A stretch of 64,000 nucleotides of DNA from Eledone cirrhosa (lineage: Eukaryota): the NCBI GenBank assembly GCA_964016885.1, contig OZ024741.1, forward strand, positions 46,376,001 through 46,440,000. The letters run 5' to 3'. How positions within the stretch are numbered: the first letter of the stretch is position 1; each line of letters starts with the position of its first letter. Made by a program: the position numbers and the translations under genes. Positions 11,834 through 25,361 of this stretch are shown one piece after another. The notes beneath the pieces were generated by a model. The model searched no databases. It saw only the letters and a list, made by a program, of their open reading frames with translations, and had not been told where the DNA came from.

Positions 11834-12350
11834 GATCCTAAATTTTTGGGATATTCATTGACATATAAGACTATCATTTAAACGCAAGTTCAACCCGAGT
11901 GCGATGTCCTCAGAAGACGTATTCACTAATAACCATACCTCGTTTACACTCAGACACTCAAGTGGGTTGGCGAGTGCTAGCAAACCTGGTCTGTCTGCAC
12001 AAAATTCCTTATGTAAGTGCATAGTCAGCCGATTGGCGGGTGTCATACTTGTATATTCAATGTAGCGTTTCGGGTTATTAAGTTTACAACAGTGAATTTT
12101 ACAAACTAATTTATTGATTACACTGTGAACAGCATACTCTCAATGTTGTGGTTTGTTAATGATAAGGTTTTTTTAATTGTAGCGTTTTTATAGTATATTT
12201 TTAGAGATGATTTTTTAAATATATATTGCATTAATAAAATAAAAATTTAGGACAAAAACACACATCTCTCTCTCTCTCTCTCTCTCTCCCTCTCTTTACC
12301 TCTCCCTCTCCGTCTCTCTCTCTCTCTCTCTCTGTATATATGTATAGACG

Positions 12351-12421
<71 letters not shown>

Positions 12422-12466
12422 GTACATATATGTATTCAAGTTTTAAGAGCGAAAACAAATTTTTGT

Positions 12467-12510
<44 letters not shown>

Positions 12511-13588
12511 AAAAAGTAAGTCCTTCATCAGTGACCCTCCAACCGTCCCAGGCATTTCATCGCTTTAAGGGCCATATACCTCAGGTTGGTGCGAACAACG
12601 GCTAAAAAAAGTCGTTGGGACACGTAAATAAAGGGGACGTTAGGGTGAACAAACAAAATGGTTTAAGCAACAGAAAGTGAGAAGAAAGGGACAAGTTCCA
12701 GATTTCTATGAATATAAACTCGGTGAAATCGTGGTCTCTTTCTTCTCACTTTCTGTTGCTTAAACCATTTTGTTTGTTCACCCGAACGTCCCCTTTATTT
12801 ACGTGTCCCAACGACTTTTTTTAGCCGTTGTTCGCACCAACCTGAGGTATATGGCCCTTAAAGCGATGAAATGCCTGGGACGGTTGGAGGGTCACTGATG
12901 AAGGACTTACTTTATCATATGTATCCATTTGCAACGCGCAGCTCCATTATTATCATATTTACACATATTTTTTCCTCTGCTGCCACCCGTCTGTTTCGTT
13001 CTTTGTATCTTTATCCTTTCTAGCAGTCTCTCTCTCTGTTAGCCTCCTCCTCAACTTTCACTCACTCATTCTCTGTCACTACCTCTCCTCCTCCTCCTCT
13101 TTCCTCCTCTTTCTTCCCGCTTGACCTGTCCGATTTCTTTTCTCGCGCGTTCTTGGCCAAGCTGGTATGAAATTTTTTTTCTCTCTCTCTCTCTCGTCTG
13201 CGACTTCACAGAACTTTTGTTTACCGAATTCGCAGACCAGACCCCTTCTTCTTCCCCCCGTTAGACCTGTGCGAAATTCCTTCCTTGCTTACATTTCAAC
13301 CAGGTTTCATGGTCTTCTGTCTCTTGTTCACGATTTCACCGAGTTTATATTCATAGAAATCTGGGACTTGTCTCTTTCTTCTCACTTTCTGTTGCTTAAA
13401 CCATTTTGTTTGTTCACCCTAACGTCCCCTTTATTTACGTGTCCCAACGACTTTTTTTAGCCGTTGTTCGCACCAACCTGAGGTATATGGCCCTTAAAGC
13501 GATGAAATGCCTGGGACGGTTGGAGGGTCACTGATGAAGGACTTACTTTTTCATATGTATCCCATTTGCAACGCGCAGCTCCCTTATT

Positions 13589-13592
<4 letters not shown>
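12511..13592. mobile_element. Repeat family C: inverted arms (12511-12690 and 12735-12915) followed by a longer tandem copy ending in (TA)n; probably a PLE 3' end
   Basis: Three copies of one ~200-bp unit containing CTGATGA; another copy at 63733-64000. Confidence 0.7.
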
Positions 13593-13686
<94 letters not shown>

Positions 13687-13687
<1 letters not shown>

Positions 13688-14172
13688 TTCGTTTCTGAAT
13701 TTGTTTAGCAAGATTCTTTATCTGAAAACGTGTGTTGAAACCGATACTGTTATACTTTGGGCGGGTCATGTTGCCAATAAGAAACACACGCACCAGTTGC
13801 TTTCACTTCAATTTATTATAATGAATTTATAAATTTAGGAATTTATAAATTTCCGGTTGGTTGGTTGGTTCCACAACCAGATGATTGTTCATATATTGTC
13901 AAAGTTCTTTCGTCACACATTCTGTGATCTCTTCAGTGACTGGGGATTCTTTTCTTTGTTTTTGTGCCTCTCCTTTGTTCTGTCCTACGCCATCTTGTAT
14001 TTGTGTGTGTTGTGTGCTTAGTTTTCGCATGTGTTGAACAATCATCTGGCTGTGGAACCAACCAACCAACCGGAAATTTATAAATTCCTAATTTTATAAA
14101 TTTATTATAATAAATTGAAGTGAAAGCAACTGTTTCTTATTGGCAACATGACCATCCCAAAGTATAACAATA
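13687..14172. mobile_element. PLE A non-coding fold-back insertion in (TA)n
   Basis: Minus arm 13687-~14032 (tail, HHR, 3' UTR) and plus arm ~14035-14172. Confidence 0.88.
13898..13940 (-). ncRNA. Minimal hammerhead ribozyme (PLE A)
   Basis: GTCA-CTGAAGA-GATCAC...GTGAC-GAAAG-AA-CTT-TGAC. Confidence 0.8.
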
Positions 14173-14220
14173 TATATATATATATACAAACACGTCATAT
14201 ACAGATATATATATATATAT

Positions 14221-14409
14221 AACCAAAGAATTGTGGTAAGGAACCAGATGGACCATAACGCACCAGAGTACTCAATACTAACGGTAGTAGCGTGGGAAAT
14301 AGGAAAAAGTATGACCCCGACGGCAGAGCTCAAGCCGTTTCGACGTCTCTTTCTGGACTCCAGAAATAACCGTCGAAACGGCTTGAGCTCTTCTGTCGGG
14401 GTCATACTT

Positions 14410-14414
<5 letters not shown>
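14221..14414. mobile_element. Hairpin mini-element, family D (tail ~14221-14302, fold-back 14303-14414)
   Basis: GAAAAAGTATGACCCCGAC...GCCGTTTCGACG / CGTCGAAACGGC...GTCGGGGTCATACTTTTTC, between (TA)n. Confidence 0.85.
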
Positions 14415-14446
<32 letters not shown>

Positions 14447-14570
14447 GGTAAACATTGATGCAATTCAATTCAAGCACTCAACGTACTTTTTCCACATAGG
14501 AGTGACGGAGTAAATATCGTATAAAGAAAAAGCGAAGTAGTTTCAGATGTTCAAATCCTTTAATAATAAT

Positions 14571-14644
14571 GCTGTGATATATATTTCATTGACGACACTG
14601 GCCACACTGTTCTGTGTGCGAGTGTCGTGACATCATCAGACAGC
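14571..14644 (-). ncRNA. Type I hammerhead ribozyme within a ~280-bp insert between (TA)n
   Basis: GCTGT-CTGATGA-...ACGACACT..CACAC agaaca GTGTG..AGTGTCGT...-GAAAT-ATAT-ATC-ACAGC. Confidence 0.88.
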
Positions 14645-14735
14645 TTGTTACATAATAAGGTTATGTTTCCGAGGCAATCCAAATTGGATCGACATGGGAA
14701 CGGATGAATTGCGTGTTTTGGGGTTCGCTTTTCTT

Positions 14736-14767
<32 letters not shown>

Positions 14768-14768
14768 A

Positions 14769-14878
<110 letters not shown>

Positions 14879-14890
14879 GTTTATAACGTA

Positions 14891-15040
14891 TTGCACATAA
14901 TACGTTATTTGTAATGGAGACGTCCCCATTACAAATAACGTATTGTGTGCATTCTGATGTATAGGTTTGTGCGTTCTCACGTTCAAATCTTATGTCTCAA
15001 TCACCTTGGACTGTACGGATCCCTATTCCAATTGCTTTGT
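14891..15040. repeat. Small fold-back (14891-14950) plus tail, between TA repeats
   Basis: GCACATAATACGTTATTTGTAATGG / CCATTACAAATAACGTATTGTGTGC. Confidence 0.65.
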
Positions 15041-15064
15041 ATATATATATATATATATATATAT

Positions 15065-15345
15065 AGCCAAAATCTCAATTTGGGAGGATATAAGCTAGAC
15101 CGACTAAAATAAGTCGGTTTTACTTATGCAGTTCCCCGACCATGGTTTCTCGATCTCAAAAAAAAACATTAATCATTACATGACATTGGAATAATCAATA
15201 TTGGAAGAATTAAAGTTCCTTCAACGGTCCAGCTTATATCCCTCCAAATTGAGATGTTGGCTTAAGTTTGATATATTTTATTACTTCTCTGAGTAAATAA
15301 TTTATTAATATATCTTATCCTTACATTGAGATGTCGACAATTAAC
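15065..15345. repeat. Fold-back insert (arms 15065-15101 and 15226-15262) plus tail, between (TA)n
   Basis: AGCCAAAATCTCAATTTGGGAGGATATAAGCTAGACCG / CGGTCCAGCTTATATCCCTCCAAATTGAGATGTTGGCT. Confidence 0.65.
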
Positions 15346-15384
15346 TTTATTTATATATATATATATGTGTGAGTGTGTGTGTGT

Positions 15385-15739
15385 TAGGTAATTCCGAAGG
15401 AAAAGCAAAGGGAAAAAGAGTGCTCTATGTATAGAACAGAGCTATTTAATTATAAATTGAACAACTCAAAATATAACTACTCCATTACCAAAGGTTTCTG
15501 GATCACAGACGATAATAATATACGTCTGGATTTATATATTATTTTTCTTACACTTCTTTTCTTATGTATATTTCCCGTTATCTTTCCAACCTCACTTCCA
15601 ATTTTTAACAGATTTTAAATCTCATTTCATATCTTTTATCTATAACATCTCTGTCTGACGAACGATCCAGACGTATATTATTATCGTCTGTGATCCCGAA
15701 ACCTTTGGTAATGGAGTAGTTATATTTTGTGCTGTTCAA

Positions 15740-15745
<6 letters not shown>
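15385..15745. mobile_element. Fold-back PLE-derived element (arms 15453-15530 and 15664-15742)
   Basis: Inverted arms; the left arm stops inside HHR stem II; microsatellite flanks. Confidence 0.75.
15649..15716 (+). ncRNA. Type I hammerhead ribozyme
   Basis: CTCTGT-CTGACGA-..GATC.CAGACG...CGTCTG.GATC..-GAAACC-TTT-GGTA-ATGGAG. Confidence 0.75.
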
Positions 15746-15818
<73 letters not shown>

Positions 15819-17087
15819 GGAGATCTAATTTAGGTACAAGGCCAACTGCAGGTTTAGAAGTGCAAAGTTGACTTTGACGCAATTTGAACTCAGAATATAA
15901 AATGCCAGAAATACGGCAATAACATTTTATCCAACGCTCTTCCAATACTGCCATTCACTACAGCTGATTGTGGCTGATATTTCAATTTTACTTGATAGCA
16001 TTATATATTTTTAAAAGGTTTTATTGAGATATTTGTTTCCTTATCGGAGAAAGAACATTCCAATTTTTCCAATAATCTTTGCATGCACCTGTTGTACAGA
16101 TTGATTTCCAAGATGGGTTAGCAGGAAGTGGTTCCCTTTTTTTTTTTCTTTTTTTCTTTTTTTTTTCTTTTTTTTTTTTTTCTTTTTTTTCGGAATTAAA
16201 TTGATTTAAATTAGCTACATTATTTAAGTTATTGCGACAAATGTTTCTAATTTTGCACTTCTTAAATATCTTTGGAAAAAAAAGAGCATGTTTTTCACAT
16301 CCATCATCCCTTAATTCTTTTAATTGTTTGTGACATGTTTTGTGTTTGCTGAATGATGCAAAAGATATTTTCTCACTGTCCTTCTGGAATTTTTCAAGAA
16401 ATATTCATAATATCCTTTTTGCCTCATGTTTATTTCAAAACAATTTTTTTCTTAATGTTTTTCTGTATTTTTCTCTCTGATCTCAGCCATCTTTATTTTA
16501 ACGAAGCAATAAATTTTCCTACATTTGTAACAACTGTTTCTCATAATTTTTCTTGAAACATTTCTTTTCAATAATCAATATATTGCATCCCAAAAGGGCT
16601 CTCTTCTTTTCCATACCATAATATTGAAAAATATATAGATTATTTTTACACAGCTCTGTGATTTATCAATTCAAATTTTTCCCTCACTTCCTTTTCTTCA
16701 TCTTCCTTTTTTCTTCCCTACTTCTACTTTTCTCCATTCTCCTCCTCCTCCTTCTTCTTTTTCATTATTTTTTGAGTTAGCAGATTCCATATTTTAGCTT
16801 ATAACCCACAATACGAAATATCACAATTTGAAATTTATATAAAAAAAAACAATACAAACACATGCCCTAACATGGGAAATATTATTGCGGCAACAATACA
16901 CAACGCAATAACAGCTAAAACAATAAGAAAACAACCCGTCTTCGAAGAAAGGAAATATAATATATAAAGAGAATTCTCCTGATATATCCGCATATATATA
17001 TATATGTGTCTGTGTGTGCGCGCGCATGCATGCATGTATCTGTGTATATGGATATATGTATATGTATGTATATATATATATATGTGG

Positions 17088-17127
<40 letters not shown>

Positions 17128-17356
17128 CCGTCCCTTCTGCGCATATTAGCTCTACAATCTTAGCTATTTTCAATTGTATTATCGCTGTTCTATATTTCTA
17201 TATTCTGAAGTTAGTGTGTAATTACATAACTCAATAATAACCAGAATTAGCTGCCTCTTTTAAATCTCAGTAGTTAAATTGTTTTATCTAAACTCTATTT
17301 CGAGCAGAATGTAATGCAATTGAAACATTTTATTGATTTATTTAATGTTTCTTCAA

Positions 17357-17436
<80 letters not shown>

Positions 17437-17442
17437 CTACAT

Positions 17443-17517
<75 letters not shown>

Positions 17518-17652
17518 TATATCCATACATATATACATGTGTGTGTATCTGTGTGTATATGCATATATATATATACATAAATATGTACATTAATATATAC
17601 ATATATACATATGTCTATATCAGTATATACATATATACATATGTCTATATCA

Positions 17653-17710
<58 letters not shown>

Positions 17711-18174
17711 TTTTATAGTTACCATCCGAAGCTTGGTTTTGATTTCCCATCTGAAATTTAATTTTCTGTGAAAGATTTTGGGAAACAATTGCACAACTTA
17801 ATGTTATCTTCTGTTTTCAACTGTGTCAATATTCAATGCAACATATTACTAATCATAAAATGTAAGAAAGGAAAATTTTTGAAAAACTAAATTCACAAAC
17901 ATAGGAAAAAATCTAAAGAAATAAAACAAATTATTTCTGTAAAAATTATCTAAAGTGTTTCCATAATTAAATATTTAGCAAACTTGCTGTCAACAGAACA
18001 TGGGTGCTTGTCCGGGTGTTTCTTTAAGATAATCAAACTTAAATTTGATTTTTTTTCCAAACAATATGAAAAACTCTTGGGCAGTTGACGAAGGACAAAG
18101 AAGCGTGGTTAGGTTCAATCCCATATGCAGTTCTTTCTTTCATTAGCTGTCCATTATCCTGATGTGTTTTTTTT

Positions 18175-18506
18175 TATATTTCTGGCACTCCGGCGGTTAC
18201 GACGACGAGTGTTTCAGTTGATCCGATAAACAGAACAGCATACTCGTGAAATTAACGTGCAAGTGGCTGAGCATTCCACAGACACGCGTAACCTTAACGT
18301 AGTTCTCAGGGAAATTCAGCATGACACAGAATGTGACAAGGCTGGCCATTCGAACTACAGGCACAACTCATTTCTGCCGGCTGTGTGGACTGGAGCAACG
18401 TGAAATAAAGTGTCTTGGTCAAGGACACCACGCGCCACCGGGAATCGAACTCATACCCTTACGATTGTAAGCCGAATACCCTTACCACAAAGCCACGCGC
18501 CTTCAC
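18175..18506 (-). mobile_element. tRNA-derived SINE (octopus-like, long type)
   Basis: Head GAAGGCGCGTGGCTTTGTGGTAAGG...GAGTTCGATTCCC (A and B boxes), then a GTCCTTGACCAAGACACTT core. Confidence 0.8.
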
Positions 18507-18833
18507 TTTGCGGTATTCCTATGTTTGGCTCCTAAAAGGTCAAACAAACCAGTTAGTAATATAGAAACACTTGTTATTTTTCTTCAATTGAATTTATATA
18601 AAATGCACTTGGTTCAGTAGACCAGGAAGAACAAAAGCTTGGTTCAATTCCATTTTGTATTCTTTCCTCAGTTAGCTATCCTGTGTCCAGTGTTTTCTAT
18701 TTATACATCTGTTACACATGAGGTCAATCAGATCAGTTATTAAGGCAGAAACACTTCTTTATATTCTTTACCTAATTCAGTTTTCCCAGTCGAATATGAT
18801 GCAGCATTGACAAAAACCCATTTTGACAGTTTT

Positions 18834-18878
<45 letters not shown>

Positions 18879-21276
18879 TTAACTACTTATATATGAAAAA
18901 AGAAAAACAATTTAAACTGTTTCAACAACAGCTGACGGGAGTTAATGAGATGAGTTCTACGCTATGAATCTCCCAGCTATAAATAAATGTCATATCAACT
19001 TCTTCACATTCCACCCTACCACCATAAAGTATAATTGTATCAGAAGAAATGAGATGAGATGATTATGGCGAGAAATCCCTTGATGACAAGATCTGCTTGT
19101 CCAAGACTGATTTGGGCTTAAACAAAATTGACAATAATTGATGTGGTGGCCACTAGAGGATCATTGGACTTGCAAAACTTACTCAAACAAATCTCCTCCA
19201 AATCGAGCAGCAAGTTGATAAATTCGTTAGAGTAACGTTCAAAATTCTTTGTGTTTATTTATTCTGGTTCTCTGTGTTGTGAAGTCAAATTCCACAAAGG
19301 TTAATTTTACCTTTTGTCCTTTTGGGGTCAATAAAATAATGTGCAAGTTCAGAGCTGTAAACTGATGGAATTGTTAGAACATCGAACGGATACTTTGCAG
19401 GATTTGTTCCAGTTTTTTGCTGTTGAAGCCTTCTTGGGTGGTAAACTTAATCCGTCCCCCGGTTCACCATCACCACCTGACACATAACTGCCTTCACCTA
19501 AGACTATGTTGTTCCAAGTAATCTGGACAAGTCATTGTTTTGAGGATATCTCCTCCATCCCTTCTTATTTTCAATATTTAAGTGCCAGTTTTTACTGTAT
19601 CACCTGGTAATCTACCATATTCCTGGGATGTGTGCTGTAGTAGATTATAGCAATTGATGAGGTGGGGAAGTGTTAAGCTGATATCAAGAAAACTACCGAC
19701 TACACCAGTAAACATAAATAATCATAAAATCAATACCAGTGGTATATTGAGGTGTAAGGAGTGTCGTTACATATTGTCTATTCCCTCTAACTTCAGTATA
19801 TATTTATAACTGAAAACCAAATCACCTTTCTGACTTTATGTTCTCTGTTACTTCAAACGCTAAACATTATTCGTGAACGGTTTTCAACTGAAGCTAAATG
19901 TTAATAATACCAATATATTTTGTTTGTTTTGTGCTGCTGTTTATTTTATTTTATTTTATTTTGTTTTATTTATTTATTCTATAAAAGAGAACTGAGATTT
20001 ATAGATAAAAGGAAAAAATCTGTGAGATCAGTAGATACTGACCATTTGTGGTGTTTCATAGGTCAATCATAAAGTAGGTGCCTACATAGATCGCTTTTGT
20101 TGGTGTAGTTTAAAGTATAGCCTGACATAAATGCACTTATACGTAGTTGTAATGGCGTGAATATTTTAGCTTAATGAAAACCGATACAGAATATTTGTTT
20201 TAGGAAATGACTGGCTTTAGTTGTAAATGGTGTGCTTCTTTACGACTCAGGATTTAAGAGACCTGACCAATTTACTTATTCGTCCATGTACGTTTTCATG
20301 CTGTCATCTTTATTACATATCGAGAGAATTCTACTTTGAAAACCAATTTGCAAAGGTTATTTTGCTTATTTGAAAGAATTCTTTTATATGTATTGTCTGT
20401 AATTCAAATATTTTATTGCTAGGAATATATTTGCTTTAAGTAGTGATGGCATCGTACAAATCATTCTTGACGATAGAAGGAATAGTAATACAAGATAGGA
20501 TAAACAGAAGGCTTAAACATGATTTAAATACTTCACAAGATTTTCACTGACGTAGGCGAGCAAACCGAATAATGTAAGAAGAGTCATAAGAGTTAGGTCT
20601 GATGGTTTTTAGTCAGTAATCAAATTCAGGCTGAATGTTAGACTCTGGTTATCTGGATTTCGTGTTGTTGTTGTTGTAGTAATTGTTGTTGTGGTTGTGG
20701 TTGATGATGATGTTGTTCTTATATACCTCTATATCAGCCCTGATTGAGCATAACTATGATTAAAGACATTCCAGCCCTGACTAGGCTATCTAATATATTT
20801 AGAACTACATTGATGCCAATTGATTATGTATTGCCCACTATTCTCCAAAAACCCCATGAAAAACAATTATCATTATAACCACATGTTTTGCTTCTATCTA
20901 GATGTTTAAACTCTCATGTGTTGTACAACCATAATTATCCGTTCAAACTCACATTAATATTCAAACTAACTTTTAAATGAAAATTAAAGCTTATTTTTAT
21001 TTAAATTGTAGAGATTTAGATTGTAAGGTAATGTGTTTTAATGACCAGTTAATGCAAATTGCTCATCGAACCTCGGCAGAAGTAAAGAAATGGTGAAGGC
21101 TAATCAATCTACTGAGGTTTTCTTCAACTACCGTATAAGTCGGAGTATGAGGAAATACTGGGTGGATAAGATGTATACGTAGTTACTATGTCAGGGATTA
21201 ACCTACTTTCAACCATCACCCATGCTAACAAATTCCAATACACGGCAGTTTTCAAGGTTCATATATTATAACTATT

Positions 21277-21420
21277 GGCAGAGTCGTTAAAACGTCGGAT
21301 AGAATGCTTTATGGTATTCGTTCTGGTACTCTGCTCTCTGCATTCAAATCCCGCCGAGGTCAACTTTGCCTTTCATCCTTTCGAGGTCGATAAAAAAGTA
21401 CCAGTCTAGTACTGGGGTCC
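21277..21420 (+). mobile_element. tRNA-derived SINE, partial
   Basis: TGGCAGAGTCGTTA...TTCAAATCCCGCCGAGGTCAACTTTGCCTTTCATCC. Confidence 0.75.
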
Positions 21421-21795
21421 ATTCTTCCTCTATATCTCTTTCTCATTTTCCTCTCTCTCACTTCCTATCTTTCTCTGGAAAAAATCTGCTGTACTCAGGC
21501 CTGGAGAGAGATGGGCTCCGCCAGACTTTAAATTCCCAAGAAACATCGTATGTCATTACGGCGCTCCTACGACTCCTCCATGTGTTACAGGACCATACCA
21601 TAACACATATTATAACTGGAGTATAAGGCGACCTCCTATTTGGGAGACAGTGGATTTTAAAGTTTAAAACGTCTTATCTACCAATATATTCTGTACTGAT
21701 TGAATCAATCTCACTCTAATTAATTAACAATAACACTAACATGGCGTGAGTCATAATAGATGTGTATATGAAGACATATACAATATGTTTATATA

Positions 21796-21982
21796 TAATT
21801 GTTTCTACTTTTGGCACAAGGCCAGCAATTACCCAGTGCATTACTGGTACTTTATTTTATCGACCCCGTAAGGATGAAAGGCAAAGTTAACCTCGGCGGG
21901 ATTTGAACTCAGAATGGCAAGGGCCGTAACTCTATGCGTCAAAGCATGGCGTCTGACCTTCTACCGATACTGCTAATCCACC
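21796..21982 (-). mobile_element. tRNA-derived SINE (~190-bp family) with target-site duplication
   Basis: Homologous to 36423-36611; CAATATGTTTATATATAAT is duplicated on both flanks. Confidence 0.88.
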
Positions 21983-22183
21983 AATATGTTTATATATAAT
22001 AAACATACATAGTTTCGCTATGGGTGTTTCAAAGCGGGATCAAGTCACAGCTTCTTTAGTTGGTATGTGAGAAACTCAGACACTAATATTTCAGACTTTT
22101 TACCAAACTTCATGCTTTTAAATACACTTCTATTATGAATCACGCTATGTTAGTGCAACTGATATATATACATATATATATAT

Positions 22184-22375
22184 GAAGGAGTCGGAACCCA
22201 GACGGCTGAGCTCCTGCCGTTTCAACAGCTAATTCTGAACTACCTGTTGAAACGTCAGGAGTTCAGCCGTCAAGGTCCCGACTTCTTCAATTTACCACCG
22301 TCTACTACCTCAAGTATCGAGTACTCTGGTGAGTAATGGTCTAACAGGTTTTTATTACATCCATTCTGATTTATT
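22184..22375. mobile_element. Hairpin mini-element, family D (fold-back 22184-22288, tail to ~22375)
   Basis: Same tail (GAGTACTC..GTGAGTAATGGTC) and GAAAC-containing arms as 14221, in the opposite orientation. Confidence 0.82.
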
Positions 22376-22382
22376 TATTTAT

Positions 22383-22503
<121 letters not shown>

Positions 22504-22989
22504 CTCTCTCTCTCTGCTTGGGGATTTATATATACTTACATGCATACAACCATTATCGAGTCCTCTTTGGATTGTGATCTTTGTATTTATTATTACTACA
22601 TATATATATATATATTAATAGATTGTTCATAAATAGACATACAGACATATATATGATGGTAATCGTATATAAAATGTATACATAAATTGTATACTGTTGC
22701 AGGGGACAGTTTGTTATGCGTTGGAACAATTATTGGATCTAATCAACTATAATCTGAAGAGAATATATGATAACAAATACAGAAAGAATATATTGAAAAG
22801 TAAATACATTGGGATATAAGTAAAATATATAGTATTATCGTGTAGAATTGAAGGAGGTGAGAATAAGGTAAATATGGAATAAAATACAAGTTTGTATAGT
22901 ATGGAACGGATATGGTTATATAAACTTGTAATCTGTTTAATTAGATAAGGTTGAATAACACGCACCAATTAAGCTATCTACGATAAAAT

Positions 22990-24200
22990 AACTTAATGAG
23001 ACTTGATGGGTTAAAAGGAAATTGTAGGTTGCAAGTTCAATAATTATATAATTATATTTAATGGTGTGACGTTAATTGAGTTTAAACTTAAGCACTTAAA
23101 TGAATATATAAAATGGTGAAACTCTACTAGATTCTAGGTACTGAGTTTATCAGTTACCATTGTATATGTTCTACGATAAATCATTGATAAATTGTAAAGC
23201 TATGATAATTAAAAGAAGCGTTGCTGTTATTTGGAATGTGTTGTTGTCAGTGAACATTAACTTTAATGTGAAAGTGTTTTCTATCATAGTAAAATGATCA
23301 TTATCATGTATAAAGATTAGTGGAATTGTGTAATAATTTACTAGGCAAGTGTGTGAGTGTGCGATCGTTAAATAATTACCTATTTGCAAATATAATGGGT
23401 CAGAAATAGGTTAGTGTTTTAATATCCTTACGTCTCCAAGTAGAGATTAATTCTTGATGTCGATTAAGTGGTTGGTGCTTTGGCTTCTAAACGTTTATTT
23501 GTTGATAAAATCTGAAACGTTTACAAACTTTATGGTATTATATGAGAGATTTAAGGTCAACCAACAAGTATTTTAATATAAAATGAAAAGTTATTTTCTT
23601 CTTTAAACCTCATATTAGCAATAAGAAGGTTGCTTGCTAACACTGAACTTCAGGATCCTGTAACATTGAATTTACAAACCATCAACTATTTAGTCGACGC
23701 TCAAAATTAATCGCATCCTGGAAACATAGGATTTTTAAAACACTAAAACATTTCAAACCAATTATATTTACTCTAAAGTATTACTTAAGAGTAAATATAA
23801 TTGCTCTGCAATTTAATGACCACACACTCACACACAGGTCGAGTAAATTATTACACACTTCCATTAACTTTTATACACTATAGTATCACCTTTACCGTAA
23901 TAAAAGCTCTTTCAACATTAAAGCTAATTTTCATTCACGGCAACAGTATATTGCAAATAATAGCAACGGCACTTTTAATTATTTTAGCTTTACAATAAAA
24001 TAATGATTAGTCATAGAACTTACACAATAGTAGCTGATAAACCTAGGAGTTAGAATCGAGTGATGTTTTCCATCTGATAGTCATATAATTGTTCAAGCTT
24101 AGATTCAATTAACATCACACCATTAATTATATTTATTCAATTATTAAACTTGCATCATGTAATTTATTTTGAAATCATCAATTTAGAAAACTTCATTAAT
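22990..24200. repeat. Old, diverged ~1.2-kb inverted repeat (arms ~22990-23490 and ~23670-24200)
   Basis: ORFs 23171-23389(-) and 23801-23998(+) are mutually similar (HSHT..VNYYT.PL.FIH...LKL.F...QI.AT.LLII.ALQ), and the DNA arms align by eye. Confidence 0.7.
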
Positions 24201-24363
24201 TAATGTTACTATAGTTAATTTTTTTTAACTTGTTATTTCATGAATGGCCAAAACCACTTAGTTTCGAATAAACCTCCACTGCGTAGTACCTTGGGCGGGT
24301 CCGCTACAGATTTGAGGTGACCTTGTGAGTGAAATTTGGTTGATGGAAACTATTGAAGCCCAT

Positions 24364-24432
<69 letters not shown>

Positions 24433-24575
24433 AGTATATGTTTGTTGTATACCAACACCTCAGTATGCAGGCTGGAGCACTCGACGAAGTGCGCAGGTTG
24501 GTTTGGTTACTCCGGAGTAATGTAAAGTAAAGTTAAATAAAAAGTCAAATGTTTAAAATTTAGCTTCGTTTATTG

Positions 24576-24628
24576 CTGCTATATATATTTCAGTGACAGC
24601 CATCTTTGGCTGTGACCTCTTCAGGCAG
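24576..24628 (-). ncRNA. Hammerhead ribozyme (mirror copy)
   Basis: Reverse complement of 24861-24913. Confidence 0.85.
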
Positions 24629-24860
24629 TCCGAATTAGTGTGGTATAGACAAGTACATATGTTGTTGAGGTGTATAATATTGTCAATACTCTGATATGCC
24701 CAGTTCCTGGTTGGGTTGTTATTTCACTGAGGAACTGGAATCATATGATTCCAGTTCCTCAGTGAAATAACAACCCAACCAGGAACTGGGCATATCAGAG
24801 TATTGACAATATTATACACCTCAACAACATATGTACTTGTCTATACCACACTAATTCGGA

Positions 24861-24913
24861 CTGCCTGAAGAGGTCACAGCCAAAGATGGCTGTCACTGAA
24901 ATATATATAGCAG
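24861..24913 (+). ncRNA. Type I hammerhead ribozyme
   Basis: CTGC-CTGAAGA-G-GTCACAGCCA aaga TGGCTGTCAC-T-GAAAT-ATAT-ATA-GCAG. Confidence 0.85.
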
Positions 24914-24964
24914 CAATAAACGAAGCTAAATTTTAAACATTTGACTTTTTATTTAACTTTATTT

Positions 24965-24998
<34 letters not shown>

Positions 24999-25015
24999 AA
25001 ACTATTGAAGCCCAT

Positions 25016-25056
<41 letters not shown>

Positions 25057-25233
25057 CTGTGTATGTGTGTGTGTGTGCGTGGTTGTGTATATATATATAT
25101 ATATATATAAAATACAGAGTACTCACAACCTCTAACTGGATTACCTATAACAATAATTTGTTATCCCATATAGATATATTTACAGACACATATATCTATA
25201 TATGTGTGTCTGTACGCGTATCTGTATGTGTGT

Positions 25234-25304
<71 letters not shown>

Positions 25305-25361
25305 TGTGTCTGTCTGTATGTGTGTGTCTGTGTATGTGTCTGTGTGTGTCTGTATTTACGT

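Larger units (their letters stand above)
24430..24961. mobile_element. Perfect 434-bp palindrome (24528-24961, no spacer) plus ~100-bp tail in (TA)n; PLE-derived
   Basis: Centre ...GGAATCAT|ATGATTCC...; an HHR in each arm. Confidence 0.9.

Noticed and set aside
15830-21250. Possible host exons or old LINE remnants in the unique-looking region
   Set aside because: No sustained open frame or recognisable motif; left unannotated.
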